Positions 63,621 through 64,000 of a stretch of 64,000 bases of DNA are shown one piece after another. The translations under genes and the position numbers were made by a program. The stretch's first letter is position 1. Every line of letters begins with the position of its first letter. The stretch comes from Haliotis cracherodii (Eukaryota): assembly GCF_022045235.1 (NCBI RefSeq), contig NW_027266297.1, positions 26,102,001 through 26,166,000 on the forward strand, written 5' to 3'. The notes below the pieces were generated by a model. That model worked only from the letters and a program-made list of their open reading frames with translations, did not search any database and was not told the DNA's origin.

Positions 63621-64000
63621 AACACTTTACACCCACCCTTTCCTCAACTTCTCCCCGTGTCACCAACACACTTAACACCCACCCTCTCCCCGTATCCCCA
63701 ACACACTTTACACCCACCCTCTCCTCAACTTCTCCCCATGTCACCAACACACTTAACACCCACCCTCTCCCCATATCACAAACACACTTAACATCCACCC
63801 TCTCAACTTCTCCCTGTATCCCCAACACACTTTACACCCACCCTCTCCTCAACTTCTCCCCGTGTCACCAACACACTTTACACCCACCCTCTCCTCATCT
63901 TCTCCCCGGGTCACCAACACACTTAACACCCACCCTCTCCCCATATCACAAACACACTTAACATCCACCCTCTCAACTTCTCCCTGTATCCCCAACACAC
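63620..64000. repeat. Second, related C-rich minisatellite running off the window
   Basis: CCAACACACTTTACACCCACCCTCTCCTCAACTTCTCCCCGTGTCA alternating with a shorter unit. Confidence 0.9.

Noticed and set aside
61039-63961. Three very long ORFs (878, 904, 463 aa)
   Set aside because: All three frames are open because the C/A-rich minisatellite rarely forms stops; the same peptides rotate between frames. Not protein-coding evidence.

Overview
Eukaryotic, AT-rich, repeat-dense genomic DNA. The SINE/MITE repertoire with (ACTC)n and (AAAC)n tails suggests a mollusc, possibly an abalone; this is inference. Two convergent protein-coding genes were reconstructed by hand. (1) NRBP1-like pseudokinase, + strand, 14 coding exons (1233..21271, 1503 nt, 500 aa), with one GC-AG intron and a possibly very long 3' UTR. 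(2) A plant-type flavin polyamine oxidase, - strand. Its signal-peptide exon (54617..54554, not in the ORF track) is spliced across a ~20 kb intron to a large exon (34435..32997). The protein ends in a GPI-signal-like tail, and the canonical active-site Lys is replaced by Gln. The 20 kb intron is a transposon stack: a Tc1; an Academ-type element interrupted by a Helentron-like element and by a full-length CR1/L2-group LINE (itself interrupted by a hairpin-headed element containing a MITE); a Tx1/L1 fragment; a Harbinger derivative; and a second Tc1. The LINE carries a 2A-like motif at the ORF1 N-terminus and an in-frame TAG-only ORF1/ORF2 junction. A Harbinger transposase pseudogene and long minisatellites end the window. 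Most short ORFs in the track are spurious. All protein comparisons are from recall and no searches were run.
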